Positions 1 to 13,606 of a stretch of DNA of 64,000 bases are shown one piece after another. Positions within the stretch are counted from its first letter, which is position 1. Every line of letters starts with the position of its first letter. Origin of the DNA: Camelus ferus (Eukaryota); NCBI RefSeq assembly GCF_009834535.1, contig NC_045696.1, forward strand, positions 101,062,001 through 101,126,000, in the 5' to 3' direction. A model generated the notes under the pieces. It saw nothing but the letters and a program-made list of their open reading frames with translations. It searched no databases and was not told the DNA's origin. Made by a program: the position numbers and the translations under genes.

Positions 1-196
1 AGGTAAAACTAAGAATGAATGGGAAAGTCCAGTGAATGTGAACCAGCATGCAAAAATCAAAACTATTGTAAGTAATAAAGTTTCAGATGCTGAATTTTCT
101 TTTTCTTTCTTCTTTTTTTTTTTTTTTTTGGATATTTACATGGTGAGCTTCACCACCAGCTCAGATGGGCATGTAGATTCACAGACTTCAGGGCAG

Positions 197-893
197 TGTA
201 TTAGTTTCTTGTTGCTGAGGGAATGAATCACCACAATCTTAGTGGCTTAAAAGAATACAAATTTATTTTCCTTCAGTTCTGGAAGTAAGTGGTTCAAAAT
301 AGGTCTCACGAGACTAAAAGCAAGGCGTTGGCAGTACTGTGTTCCTTCCTGAGGCTCTAGGGCAGAATTGATTCCTTGACTTTTCTGGCTTTGAGAGGCT
401 GCGGTATTTCTTGATAATTACTCCTTCCTGCATTTTCAAAACTAGCAAAGTAGAATCTTCAAATCTCTTGACTCTAACTCTTCTGCCTCCCTCTTCCACT
501 TACAAAGACCAGTGTAATGACAGTTGGCCCTTGAACCACTCAGGAGTTAATCCCTTGTCATTTATAGTAGGCCCTCCATATCCACGGTTCCTCCACATCT
601 GTGGATTCAACCTACCACACACCATGTGGTATCACAGTGTTTTCTATGGAAAAATATCCCAGTATAAGTGGACTGGTGTGGTTCAAACCCACATTGTTCA
701 AGGGCCCACTGTACATTCTGTCCACCTGGCTAATCCAAGACACTGTCCTTGTTTTAAGGCCTGCTGATCAGCATTTTTAATTCAGTCTGCAATCTTAATT
801 CCCCTTTGCTGTATCCATGTAACCTTCACAGTTTCACAGGAATTAGGACCTGGACATCTTTGGGGGAGTGGCAGCAGTGTTACACCTAACACA
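197..893 (-). mobile_element. MaLR solo LTR (MLT1C/D-like), split by a Tigger MITE
   Basis: Starts tgtattagtt (reverse of the ...AACTAATACA LTR end) and ends ...cctaacaca; typical MLT1 motifs (cttagtggcttaaaa, aaatttatt, ggacatctttgggg); 5-bp flanks ggcag/ggtgg. Confidence 0.85.
521..711 (-). mobile_element. Tigger2-family MITE (MER8/Tigger2a-like)
   Basis: TIRs cagttggcccttgaac...gttcaagggcccactg, TA on the right side; MLT1 sequence resumes after it. Confidence 0.85.
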
Positions 894-1082
894 GGTGGCA
901 ATGGGTTTTAATCTTCGAGTAACGTCCTACTTTTTGTTTCGTTCTCCTAGTCCTTCCGTCTCTTCTGTAACCACACACCAGCACTGCGTCTCCCTGAACC
1001 ACCTAGAGGGATTTCTGTATTCCTGACTGGCTGCCGACTGAAATAGGAGATTGAGATCTGGATTTATTTGACCAGTGTAAGA

Positions 1083-1350
1083 ACTTTCCAGGTAGAGGAA
1101 ACAGTTGGGACAAAGTCCCTGAGGCTTGAGAGAATGAGGTGTGTTCACAGACACACGTGAAGGCCAGTGTGGTGGGAGCACAAAGAGGGGAAAGAACAGA
1201 TAGAGAAGAATGGGGTGCAGATGAAAAAGCCCAGCGAAGGGCGAGGCTTTCTTCTGAATGAGGAAGCCATGGAGGGCTTTGAGCCTGAGTGTCTTCGTTT
1301 GGCTTAGAATTTGAAAAGGATAACTCAGATTACGTGGAGAGTAAACGGCA
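1083..1350 (-). mobile_element. L2 LINE fragment
   Basis: ttccaggtagaggaaacag...aaggccagtgtggtgggagc...ggaagccatggagggctttgagc resembles antisense L2a 3' region. Confidence 0.75.
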
Positions 1351-4313
1351 GTTGTACGTTGTAAACTTCAGGGTTCCTCCATGCACGTTTTAATAATACA
1401 GTTGCAGTATTGTGCAGTATATGGAACTGCACTCACGCTGACCTCAGCTGCTTTTTCAATCCCTGTTAGTGTCAAAATCTGTTAAATATTTTATATGATT
1501 TGATTTTTCAAGTGTTACCCTATTCATTGAACTTCATTCAAATTGAAGGCACAATATGCCTCATGACTGTCATGTTCATTTTCCTTACATGTACAGCCAC
1601 ATTACGTGTTAAAAGACACTCTCAAGTTATCATTTCTGTCTTAGAGTTTTTTCACTCTCTAAAAATTAAGCAAAAAGAGAAAAACAACACACAAAACAAA
1701 CATAAGTAAACCCCTAAAGAGAGGATGTGATTAGCATCTAAGCTTTTTAAGCATTGAAACTTCTTTCTTATAGAATTAGAGTGATTGATTCAGCTCAAAC
1801 ATAGAAAAGTTTCCTATATTGTAAAAAGTATTTTTGCTAACACGTCTTATCTGAGACAAAGTTCTTATCACAGCATTTTAGAATGGCAATTTTTTTCTTC
1901 CAGAAACATTGCTTATGTGGTTATGGTTATAATTAATGGTACAATTCCATTAAGTTTCTGAAAAAAAAAGTTTAAAAATTCAGATTTATTTTAAAATAGG
2001 AAAAGAAATGAATAGTCACATGAAAATAAATTTATTAGATACTTAGATTTTACCTCTTTTAATCATCTCAGTTATTCCATTTTATCTAAAGCACTGTATA
2101 GAAATTCAATTAAATAACATTCTATAATTTTTGTCTTCCCTATAAGGCTGTCACAAAAATTCATTAATTTCACACCATATTTTGAAAGGTGAAAATTAAA
2201 GTTAAATAGGGATTATGTCATTTTCAATATGATGATACTGATGCAACCATTAATAGATAACAAAGTATTTGAAAGGTTTTAAGTGCATTGCAAATATCGT
2301 TGGTATTAATTTTATAACAGTGTTTAACATATATTTGCTATTCTACATCGAGAATGAGTTCCAAAGTTACTTATGGATTCCCACAAAAGACACAAAGTCA
2401 GGGAAAAGTAAATACAGTAGATCCCCTCTTTTCCAGACATGTGGACTGTTAGAAATACTTCTCCCAAAACAAAAATAAACTTGCCTCTAGAAATCATTTT
2501 GCTGATACACTATGTCCTGCCAGTTTATGTCCTTATCTTACAAATTCAATGTCAATTCAGTTACTGGACTTGAACTACAATAATGATTTGAACTGCATTA
2601 ATACACACCTTAAATGAAGGTTTCTAAATGCTTATATTTAAAAATGAAACAATCTATATCAATCTTATATGTTATGCAAAGAATACTTTATGAAGATAAT
2701 ATGATGGAGTAAATTTTAAAATTCTTCACCAAAAGCTGTATCACATGAAGCGTATCATTTTCCTTATTTGCAAAGTGGGAAAAATATTAGCACTCATCCT
2801 TTAAAGTTATTCTTTATGTTTGCTTCCTATTGTTGTCTTAAAATTAATTAAATGAGAATGTTCTTTCATTGCCCCAGGGTAAATTAACTGTCTCAGGAAT
2901 GTCCCACAGTTTAATAATGTATTTTTTGATAGAAATAATTTTTAAGATGAAAAATATAGCCTTCATTTGATAACTAATTGCATTTTTGAACGTCTTACTC
3001 AATCCATTAATCTTCACACTTTTTCCTGCCCTTCTATATTAAGTAATAAAGTAATTTGACATCTCTGTGGCTTGATTATTTTAGGCTGATTTCTATGATA
3101 TTTACAACTTATTTTAAAATACTCTATTATATACAGTGTGGTATTTTGTGGGTGTTATCTTGGTTAAAATATAACCCTGTACAGCTAGAATGGTAATGAA
3201 GAAGGCACGGTCTATACATAGCTATTTAGCATTATTTCATCAGAACTGCACGTCAGAGATGGCTTTTAGAAAGGTTTTTAATCTGAATCGGATCAACAAA
3301 CTGCATTTATAAAATAAATATTGCAAATGGTCAGAAACGGATTTTTATTGGTAAAAATAATGTTCCATCAAACAGCTTGATAAATATTTCAAATAAGCTC
3401 TCCGATAAATTTAAGTGTATTTCAGATGTGTGAAATGGCTAAAATATTTCGAATCACTTCCCACACATGGAGAGCAGTATATAGAAACCCAGTGAGGCAG
3501 AACAGGCACATGGGGATGGCACTAAAGGCTGGATTCTTAAAATGTATTGTATCCAACCATCGGCTTAGGTGGATTTGTGATGTCAACCCTAGTGATTATA
3601 AAATCCTGCCTGGCTCTGGAAAGCTGAGGGTCTACCTCACAGAACCCTTTTAAGATGTGGTCAGGACACCTGGACACCTCAAAAGACAGAACTGTCTATT
3701 TTATTTTTTTATTCAACGACAGAATGAACAGTTTGAACTGTTTTGTGTTCGCTTGCTAATAAACACGTGATTAATAAATGTTAGCAAGGTTGGCAGAGAA
3801 TTTACTTTGGGACTTGCTTTTGTTATAACTTGTTGAACAGTTGGTGGGAGAACAGCTCATTTCCACCCACCTCAAACATTTTTGAAGGCTAAGTGCATTA
3901 CTCTGCCAGCCTGGAAACCCAAGTAAATCCTACAACTTTCAACTGTTTCTCCTTCACATGAAGCAACATGAAAACCAACATGCAAGGATGTGTAGCAAGG
4001 AGAAAGACTGACTGGGTTAGAGAATATGTCTTTGACAGTGTCAGAGGGCATGGGTTTTAAAAGGAATTTCTACAACGATTGGCTTGAATATGAGATTATC
4101 AAATTCCCCTGGAGACCCATTTCCAAAGGAGTTTGGAATTTCAAACCCTGCCGGCATCTCACTTCTCTTATCAAATAATTCAAAGTTGCCTCAATTTCTG
4201 GGTTCCTCAGAGATCATAATTCAGGAAGAATCCTCACACAAGCTACCCAAGAGCTCTGTCCCATGAGGAGATCAAATACATAGTGTCAGTACCAGATGCA
4301 CTCGGGGGCTCAC

Positions 4314-4430
4314 CTTCTGGTCTAAGGGAGGCTTTGCTTGCTCCTTCCACGCAAAGCAAGCAGTCTGCTTCTTTCCAGAAGCCTCAGAGAGTGAGGAGAT
4401 TTGCTTGACACTCTCACTGAAGTGCAGGAA
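4314..4430 (-). other. Candidate non-coding first exon of an unidentified minus-strand transcript
   Basis: ATG-free ~120-nt leader starting ~25-35 nt downstream of CATAAAAA and ending in the donor CAGAAG|GTGAGC (intron starts at 4313); non-repetitive, GC higher than surroundings. Confidence 0.45.
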
Positions 4431-4600
4431 CAATGATTCCAGCCCCCTGCTTTTTATGGTCCATCAGGTTCTGTTCCCTGTGTTGTGGGGTGTGTAACAT
4501 CCCTCTTCTCACCTCCCCCAGAGCTTAAGTTCCAATTACTCCTGCTTTTTAGGGGAAGTCTCAGCACCTAACGGGCTTTGTTCATTTCCCTTCCTCTCAT
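4431..4600 (-). promoter_or_regulatory. Candidate TATA-type core promoter
   Basis: Minus strand shows CATAAAAA (4458-4451), CACACCCC (~4487-4494) and GGGGGAGG (~4512-4519); CCAAT on + at ~4532. Confidence 0.4.
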
Positions 4601-5039
4601 ACACACCCTGCAGCGTGCCTCCCATCCTTTTCTGCTTTTTTTCACAGTGTTGTTCAGAATCCCTTTTGACTCTGTCATCTTCATGGTTCTATACCAAATC
4701 AGGGGATGTTAAAAATCATTGCATTTATTCCCAAATCTCACTCTTTAGAAATGCATCATTTGCTGGAACTTCTTCTGTTAGATTTATAAGACAGAATTTT
4801 ATAAAATGCATTGATTGATGTTATCAATAAGGATTTTAGGATTTGAATTTAACTAGGAAATAAAGAGTTAACAATAATCTATTCATTTGTGGTAAAATGT
4901 GTTGGGTTATGTAGTCAGTAGATCTGTTTAGATTTTACTCCCCAGTGTCTTAAAACACATACATTAAAAAAATGCATGTTGTATTTTTCTAAACCTTTTT
5001 AGAAAAGAACAAAACTCAAACACTTAACTATAAGCTGAG

Positions 5040-5680
5040 AGTTTAAATATAAAGCTATTGTAATTAACAGAGTGTATAATTATTGTAAAAATAGAAAAGC
5101 AGACCAACGGACTTAATAAAATTAAGAAATAGGTCCATCCTGATTGGTCATTGTCATTTATGACACAGGTAAACAATGTAGTCAGGAGAGGTGGATAATA
5201 TTTTATGTTAATCATGCTAGATCAGCTGGATACTTACAAAAATCAATTTCAGGTGGATTGTTGATCTAAATGTAAAGAGCAAAATAATAACCTATAAGAT
5301 GTTTCTATAGTTGTGGTGGCAAATATTTCTTAGTCAGTAGACAAAAATTGTTAGACTCAAAAAACAATAAATTGGACTACCTAAACTTAAAGTCTTTGTA
5401 AATAAAATATCCAGCTACACAATGGGAATATATATATATTTCAATTTTTTTTAAAAAAAGGAGAAAAATTTTAAAAATGAGCAAAAGAAGTGAACAGGTA
5501 CTTCACAAGAGAAATATATCCATATGGCAAATATATAAATATAAAAATAGTGTTTAACTTTTTTAGTCTTTAGGGCAATACAAATTAAAAGCATTATAAG
5601 GTACTGCTAGAAATCCGTGAGGATGGTTGATATGGGGCAAAGAGAACTATCATGAACAACTGGTGAGTGTAAACTGGTAT
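5040..5680 (+). mobile_element. Ancient L1 (L1M/L1ME) ORF2 3' part
   Basis: aaaatcaatttcaggtggattgttgatctaaatgtaaa, aaattggactac, gaacaggtacttcacaagag, caaattaaaa are degenerate L1 ORF2 landmarks. Confidence 0.75.
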
Positions 5681-5789
5681 TAAAAAAAAAAAAAAACTCC
5701 ATTGACAAACATAATTTTAGAGAGAGCATACCCCAGCCCAATCAACATACATAGAAAAAAAGTAAATAAGGACAATGAACATACCATCT

Positions 5790-7270
5790 TTCAAGGATTC
5801 AGCAGACTAAATAATTTGGATCAACCTTCTTACTGAGGACCAATAAGAAAGTTTCACAATATATTGTTTTTGTCTGTTTGAAGTTACTGAAAGCATCAAG
5901 ACGGTGAAGAATTACTCATCTCATATCTAGGAGCACATAGAATACCAGTGAATTGAATCTAATGATAACTTTCAAATTTTGAAGCATCTCTCATTCCACA
6001 AAAGGCAACTAGGAGGCTGAGAAACTGAGAAGAACATTTCAAAGACTGAAGAATACAGCATATATAAAAACAACAGCTGGTGTTCATGGCCACTATGGAC
6101 AGATTGGTAAATCTCCTGCTACAGAACAGGATTCCAAATGTTGAGTTCAAAATAGACAGGCTCTTGGAGTGATTGTACTCAATTCTGTATTATCTGAATC
6201 TCTGAAATCAAGATTATCAATATTCTTGCCAGAAGCAAACCAGAATTCTCTTTGGAAAAAGATTTTGTCCTCCTAGGGCTCAATTTATTTAAATAAATAT
6301 TAAATACAATGTCCAACACACAAAGACAATTTATCAGGCACATAGGCAGTAAGAAAAACATGAACACAAACCAGTAACACCAACAGGTAAAAGAAACAGA
6401 CACACAGACTCCAGATATAGGAATTATCAGGCATAGAATTTTTTTAAACTATGCTATAACATTTGAGGGGGAAAACAGGTCTTAGAATTTTATCAGGAAA
6501 TTATTTAAACTGTAAAAAGAAATTTTTAATGGAGTTTAAAAATAAAACTCAATAAAGATTCTAGTGATAAAAACTGAAATTAACTTTCAAATAGATATGT
6601 CAAACACAAAAGATCAGATAGTCAATAGCAGCAGAGAGATGGAAACTACAAGAAACATAATATGGAAATACTAAGAATTAAAAGCAAAGTAGCCACCAAG
6701 AAACACTTCAGTAGCTACAGAAAGAATCAGTGAACTTGCAGATAGATACTACCCAAACAGAAGCACAAAGAGGAAAAATAAAGAAACAGAACAACCAGGA
6801 GCTGTGGAAGAATACCAAATAATCTAACAAACAGTCTACAGCAGAAGGAATGTTTCCAGTGATAATCGCTGAGAATTTTCAAAAATCAATGACAGACACA
6901 AAACCACAGAGAACACCAAGAAAGGCATACAGAAAACACACACACACACACAGAGATATCATATTCAACTACTAAAAACAAAAATCTGAAAAAATTCTTA
7001 AAGGTAGCGAGAGTAAAAACACACATTTATCTGAAGAAAAAGAAATTATAGCAGATGTCTCATCAGAAACAATGCTTGCTGTAAAGATAATGGAGCAACA
7101 TCTTTAAAGTACTGAAAAAAGAAAACTGTTGAACCAGAATTCTATACCTTTCCAAAAAAAAAAAGGATAAATAAAGGCATCCCAGGCAAACAAAAACTGG
7201 GAATTTATTGTCAGCATATCTATTCACAAGAAATGTCAGAAAAAATTCTTCAATCAGAAGTGATATGAAA
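5790..7270 (+). mobile_element. Ancient L1 5'UTR/ORF1 remnants
   Basis: aaagaatcagtgaacttgcagataga, gctgagaattttc, cagaaacaatgc, ccagaattctatacc, gaatttattgtcagca resemble L1 ORF1; no open frame. Confidence 0.75.
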
Positions 7271-7456
7271 AATACTCTCTATTCAGTATATCCGTATCTT
7301 TCCAGCTCTTTCCTGACACAGTCCAGTTAATCAATGACTTCAAATAATGAATTTTCTTTAACTGAATATAATAATTTAAACTATATGTAATCAGGAATGA
7401 CTCTGCATAAGGCACACATTTATAAAGATGCAGTAAAACAGTAATTTATTTATATT

Positions 7457-7690
7457 ATTCATTAATCCATTGACAGAAAGTATTTGTTTTAGCATTTGTT
7501 ACATAAGGCACACACTAGATGATTCCTTCATATACTTCTATACCCATTTATTTAGTGATTAAATATTTAGTGCCTATAACATTCCAGGCTATATACTAGC
7601 CAAGATGTGAGATATACATTATTAACATTGCATTATTCTTGTCTACATGAATCACTAGATTCTGGTTGAGGGATAGACAGATGATGATGA
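7457..7690 (-). mobile_element. L2 3'-end fragments
   Basis: attcattaatccat...aaatatttagtgcctataacattccaggc, antisense L2 tail pattern. Confidence 0.55.
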
Positions 7691-8067
7691 TAGTTTAAGT
7701 CAAACAGAAATGGGTCCCATTAGAAACAGCATCATAATATTTCAAATTATCCTATCCAGATGTACAGCCATCAAGCCATTTGTACTTAAAAAAAATATAT
7801 TACTTTGAATATATTACATATGTTTAGCCACTAAATTCCATTTTCTAGATAATTGTTTTGCTCCAGCTGGTATGTGTGGGTGTGCTTGTGTGTTTGTGAG
7901 TGTCAAAATTTAGATGCCCTCTATTTACAGCTAGCCCTCTCAGGTTTTATTATCCATTCACTTAATGAGTACACTTCAGATTTCTTCAGGCTGTTGATCA
8001 GATACATAACAGCACTGGCTCAAGGACAGAGTTTTGAAAACACAGAGGCAGACACTGTTCTGTAGTT

Positions 8068-8269
8068 CAGGGTTTGGCAAATCTTTTCTGTCAAATGACA
8101 AATGCGGATAATAAAAATTTAAGTCTGTGGGCAACATGCTGTCTGTCTATTATTTTTCTTTAATTTTTTTTTAAATTGTAAAAAATGTAAAAACCTTCCT
8201 TAGCTCTTGGGCTATACACAAACAGGCTGGAGGCAGATTTGGTCTGTGGCCATAGTTTGCCAACCTTTG
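8068..8269 (+). mobile_element. MER58-type hAT-Charlie MITE
   Basis: TIRs cagggtttggcaaa...tttgccaacctttg; right flank ctctagaa matches the Charlie target consensus. Confidence 0.85.
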
Positions 8270-9744
8270 CTCTAGAATATGAGTCAGTGTGAATGCCACA
8301 ACTTGTTTGAGATAGTTCAACCAAGTGTCTATTCGCCAAACTTTAAAAGCATGGAATCCATATTTATGATCTTAGACTACCACTATAAGTTTAAAAGGCT
8401 TTGTTAGAATACAAATAAATTAAACTCAAACAAATTATTAAGTTTACTAAACTAGCAAGAAGGCTTAAAACTCTTGGTTATGATCTATCATAAGTGAATA
8501 TGTGTTGTATTTTGGTAACTTTGGCTTCCACATCTAAGTTGTTAAAGACCACTTGATCTGATAATTTTAGAATTCGTATAAGATTTGATCACATGCTTCT
8601 CTACACTGTATTTTCTAAAATCAACCTTTCACTTTTTCAAAAATGTACCCTGACTTCGAGTCTTGGCACAATAATTTCATAATTACATCCAATACTCTCT
8701 TTAGTACGTGAGGCAGTAATATGCCTGGGTCTGAATTTTCACCATTTTAATGGCACTCAGCATTCTTACTTTCATTTTGAGTATTTTTGACTTTAATTTT
8801 CTCTTTGAAAAAATTCTTTAAAGCTAAAATTCTTTCTAGCTAAAATTCTTTCTTTTAAATTGACTAAGCAGAAGGAAAACAATGGTCTATATTTTTCTCA
8901 ACTATTGAGATGGTTCCTTAGCTTAAAATAAACAAAATTTATAAACTCCTTTTTTGGTTGCCTACAGTTTTACACAATCCATAGTTTAATCTGGACTTGG
9001 TATTTTTCCAGCTGTTCTTACAGAATCGTGCCTTTGTTTTATAGTATCACCACCAGCTTCTTTATAGGAAGAGACAAGAAACGATCTTAGAATAAAGGGT
9101 TTTTGAATAATAATGATACAAGGTCATACGGACTGCAGCCTAGATGATCTTATCTTTCCTTTTTTTTCCCTCTAAAATTAAAATGACCTATAAAATCTGT
9201 CCCATCAAAGTGAAAGTGGGTATTCATAGATATTTTTGCAAAGCACCTTGATGAAAGGAGTTTGTATACAAAGAGAGCTGTTTTTTCCTGACCTTCAGTA
9301 TTTGCATGGATTTTGCCAGGGCAGTTAGAGAGAAATAATGACAATAATAGAAATACAGTTGATAGAGCCGATATACGTGAGACAGAAAGTCACTTCTTGA
9401 ATAAATGAACAAAGAGCTACTGCCTAAGGAGAAATCCAAAAGTCTCTGCAGTAAGTGAATCACTTCCAGGATCAGGGAGCAGCCAGAGTGGGATGGGACA
9501 TGGCCAGTTGGAAAGTACATCAGAAAACGTGGATTAAAACTGTCAGTAAAACAGCATAATAAAAGGAGGAGACTCAAGATCCAATAGTCCTGCTCTTGCT
9601 AAAGGGCAGAGAGTTTGATAGGGGGAGCAAGGGTTAATTATTTCACCAACTGTTAAGAAAATAAGGCATATAAATTAACACCAAACACAATTATTATTTT
9701 ATAATTGCATGTTAGTTACATGAACTAAAAGAAAACTCAATATA

Positions 9745-10320
9745 CGGTCAATGTGTGGTAGTTTGTTTGCTAAAGGCACTGGGAACACTAATTAGCAAAT
9801 ACTAAATCATTGTTTTTAGAGGAAATATAGGGTTAGATTTCTGCTAACCTATTGTCAACTGACCAATATATAACTTTATTCTACATGTGCTTCTCTTTAA
9901 AGACAACTTATGTAATACATATTGTTGATTCATTAACCCTGAACTCACCATCAACAGCGCTGTAACTCACACGGGATCCTGAACAAAGCTTATCTGACAC
10001 GCTTGTCTCTCTCTGTAAGGCACATCACAGCTTTCTTGTGCTAAAGAAAACTAGTCAGGACTTTAGCACTAGGTTTTAGGGCCATTTTAAACAGCAAAAT
10101 CACCAAGTAACACAAAAAAATGAGAAAAACATGGCAATAAATGAACTGTGTAAAGGACACTTGTTTGCAATATGAGAGCTGAGACAAGAAGACAGAGTCA
10201 TTTTGTTCAACTTCATCTGAAAACGTTCACCCGTGGAGACTCCATTTTCACCCTTCTGTGCCTGTACATGTCCGCACGTAAGTTACAAGTATTGATTTGG
10301 GGGTTACAAATAAATATAGG
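9745..10320 (-). mobile_element. MER82 (TcMar-Tigger)
   Basis: aaggcacatcacagctttcttg, gccattttaaacagcaaaatcacc, aaaggacacttgttt, gtattgatttgggggttacaaataaat match the reverse MER82 consensus as recalled. Confidence 0.85.
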
Positions 10321-12569
10321 TTATTCTGGTTACATCAGAGGCACACACTACTGAGATGGATACGCATTTTTGTTGTGTCTTCAGGAAGTGCTGACATAAA
10401 TATTATGATGATAAAAAAACCACATAACTGTGGCCAGTTGACCTTTACATTGAGTTTAGAATAGAGAAAAATGAGGTCTTGGTGAAGTATCACTGGACTT
10501 ACTCCTTGAAAAGTGCACTAAATACCATATACATCAAGGAAGTGACTTTTCCTTAAAAGTCAGTCTGATCATATCTATTTGATGCCTGAGCTTAACATTC
10601 TATAAAGGTTTGTAGGTTTGTTCAAATGGCACTGTCAAAGTCTATTTAGAAATACTTCACTCTGCAAAACAAAGGAATATGTATTAGCAATATCAAGGGT
10701 TACTGCCTTCATTTTTATGTGACTTTTACAATTTCTATTGTTTTAGAAATGTTACCTAGGACAGTTTTTCTGACATTTCTCATAAAAGCTATTATGCATG
10801 AGTTTTTAATGTAAATTACAAAAAAAAAATGATTTGCACTCCTAAGCATAATTAGAAATATACATAATCTATGAACTATTAGACTTTACACTATCTAGGG
10901 ATTTACCATTTACAGATGTGACTCACCAAGCACAATAACAGAGTGGGCAGCAAATGCATGTAAAAAAACTACTGGTGGCAGGAACCGTGGTGAGGATCTG
11001 TAAGATGACGGTCTTTTCCTTCAAGCTAACTGCAATCTGCATATTCTCTGATCTCAGGTGTGCTACTGATCTCTGACATATTTACACACCTTACTGTCGG
11101 CTTTACCCTCTCAGAAGGAAAGTGAATTTCTTAAGTCACCAAAATATCCTTACAAATGACTATGTGTTGATGGGTTGCTTTTCCCAAGCTATATATTTCT
11201 TCATTTACTTCTAAATGGTTCAAAGAGTTGAAGTAACTTACTTAAGGCAATAAAGCTTGTGTGCAGCAGAACAGCCATGAATCTGAGATACATACCAAGT
11301 CCTGGCACTCTTTTTCCAAACATAAACTTACTTGCCTAACTACAAGTGTAAAATATTCAGAAAGTTTCCTCCCCAAAAAGAGAAAAGCATGAATCAACAC
11401 TGGCAACAATAATAATAATATAAATGCAGATTTCATTAGGGTCACAAAGAGAATTTAAAAAAATAGGTGTATATATGCTAATATAATATATTCTAATAAT
11501 GTTATGATAAATGGTTATTGTTAGTGTGAACTAAAAAGTATAATATCCTGTTTATATGTCTTACAGGAATATTACTCTCATAGAAATCATATTACTATTA
11601 ATTAGCTCTAGAAAGCAATGTGCCCTTCACAGCATCAACTAATCAACTTGGTAATAAAAATGAGTAATTACAGCTGTTAGACTAATGGGCCTGCAAAACC
11701 ACAAAGAGGTCATTGTTGTAGAATATTCTTTCAAATGTGACCCACGGTGCACAGGGATCAAAATATTACGTGTGCAAAAAGTCTTCCACTTTATAACTCC
11801 ATGAAATCTTCACAACAGGATCGGTTAGAACCCAAGGCAGTCCTGACTAAACAAAGTTTTTGTAGTCAGTATCATGTTCAGTGATATGAACAATGAATGG
11901 GATAAATTAATGACATAAGAAGACATGGCTACAAGGTATGACTTAAGGAAATTCAGAGCAAGAGAAAAAGCTTGGGCCATTCAGGTCTAGAAAAATGTGT
12001 TGTAATAAAACAAAATTTAGTCAAAGTCAGAGATGCCAGGCAAAATGCAGGAATACTGATATTGTGAAAAAGATATAATTATCCTTACTTCTTTTTAAAT
12101 TTTCCTGCTATGAGCCAGAAAGGGTTATAAATGTTTATCAGGTCATCAGAATTCTCATTATTAAATACAATCAATCATTGTACAGGGTGTAGCCTATCAG
12201 TGGAAATATGATAGTGCCTGTTCAAAGCGGAGATGACCAAAAAAACCATCACTTGCTATTCTAGAATAAAATGACCAAGTGAAGGTCGATATTGAAAGTG
12301 AGATGGGAGCTAATAACTTAATAAATATTAAGTAAACAAAAGGAAAATTTCAATCCTCAAATTATAAATGAATAATTTCAAAGAATATAAATTATATGAT
12401 GAATGGCTATTAATTATACAGACTCAGAATTAGAGGGAGCTGTGTCATTTAGGACCCTTTACATCTCACACACTGAGTACAGTTAAAGCTAAGCAGAATC
12501 ATATAATGTAGAGAACATTATTGGAAAGAACATGACCATTTTGAAGAAATTATATCAATAAACACGTAT

Positions 12570-12612
12570 AGAAAGAAAAAAAGAAAGAAAGAGAGAGAAA
12601 GAAAGAAAGAGC
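12570..12612. repeat. (GAAA)n-like purine tract
   Basis: Directly visible. Confidence 0.8.
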
Positions 12613-13289
12613 AAGCAGAGCAAAAATGTATTCACTAGATAGAAAACCATGAAACTCCAAAAATCATCTAGCTTGGTTAAAAATGTGGTCAGCCAGTTCT
12701 GCTGGTTTTCAAATCCTTTCCTTATCGTGTCAATGACTTTCCTAGTACCTGAGTCAGTCCTGCCCAGGTCTTAAACCAGAGCTCTGTAAATATTAGCAAC
12801 CCCTCTCTGATGCCTAGTTGGAACCTAGAATTAGTGTCATTATCTCACTTTCACTGTACATTTTGTTTCAAGTGCACTGAGGCAGCCACATGTCCAATAG
12901 GCAATGATTTTCTTACTGTTTCTTGCCTTATATACCCAGTTGTCATAACTAGTCTTCTGTTTCTCTCTGCTGGGTAATTCCAGTCCCACTCAGAGACATG
13001 TTTTACCATGCACACTCATAGTTTAATGTTCACTTTTAAGAGACTGTTACTAATAATTCACTTTGAAACTGGTCACTTTCCGATAATTGGCTCACCCTCT
13101 TTTCTCTGATTTGTAATTACCATATAATTAACATGTTTAATTTAGGAGCAACGCTGTTCTTATAATTAACACTTTAAACATACAAATGAGAATACTTTAA
13201 TCACATGGACAGATAATTTAGAAGCATTTCACCATCAGCCTCTCCATTGAACTGTGACATTCTCCATATATGTGTGTGTCATAGCTCAA

Positions 13290-13606
13290 TGCTTGTGCAC
13301 ATGCCATGCATTCTGCCTGGACCAGATTTTGTCCTTCAGGATGACTTAAACATTACCTCTTTTGTGAAGCGTCTCTTGATGAATCTTTAATGGCCTCACA
13401 GACTCATTAAGGCATGTATTTCCCATTCATTCATTATAGGATTAATTAATAGAATAATTTTTTTACATGTGTGTCTCTTACACCACATTATGAGCTCCTT
13501 GAGAGCAGGGAGCCTGTCATTTGTTTCCATGATCCCATTCTTAGTACAGTACCTGATACATAATAAGTGTTAAATATATATTCTTCAAATAAATATTGAA
13601 TGAATT
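13290..13606 (+). mobile_element. L2 3' end
   Basis: tgagctccttgagagcaggg...agtacagtacctgatacataataagtg...tgaatgaat. Confidence 0.8.

Noticed and set aside
927..1060. Acceptor-like sites on both strands
   Set aside because: No convincing matching donor and no recognisable peptide
8805..8852. Short triple repeat (gctaaaattcttt)
   Set aside because: Ordinary slippage repeat with no unique spacers; not CRISPR-like
9319..9456. Possible + strand exon (ttttgccag|...CA|gtaagt)
   Set aside because: Stops in all three frames, weak pyrimidine tract, and against the inferred strand
9631..9647. HNF1-like site ggttaattatttc
   Set aside because: Second half-site is poor; expected by chance in AT-rich DNA
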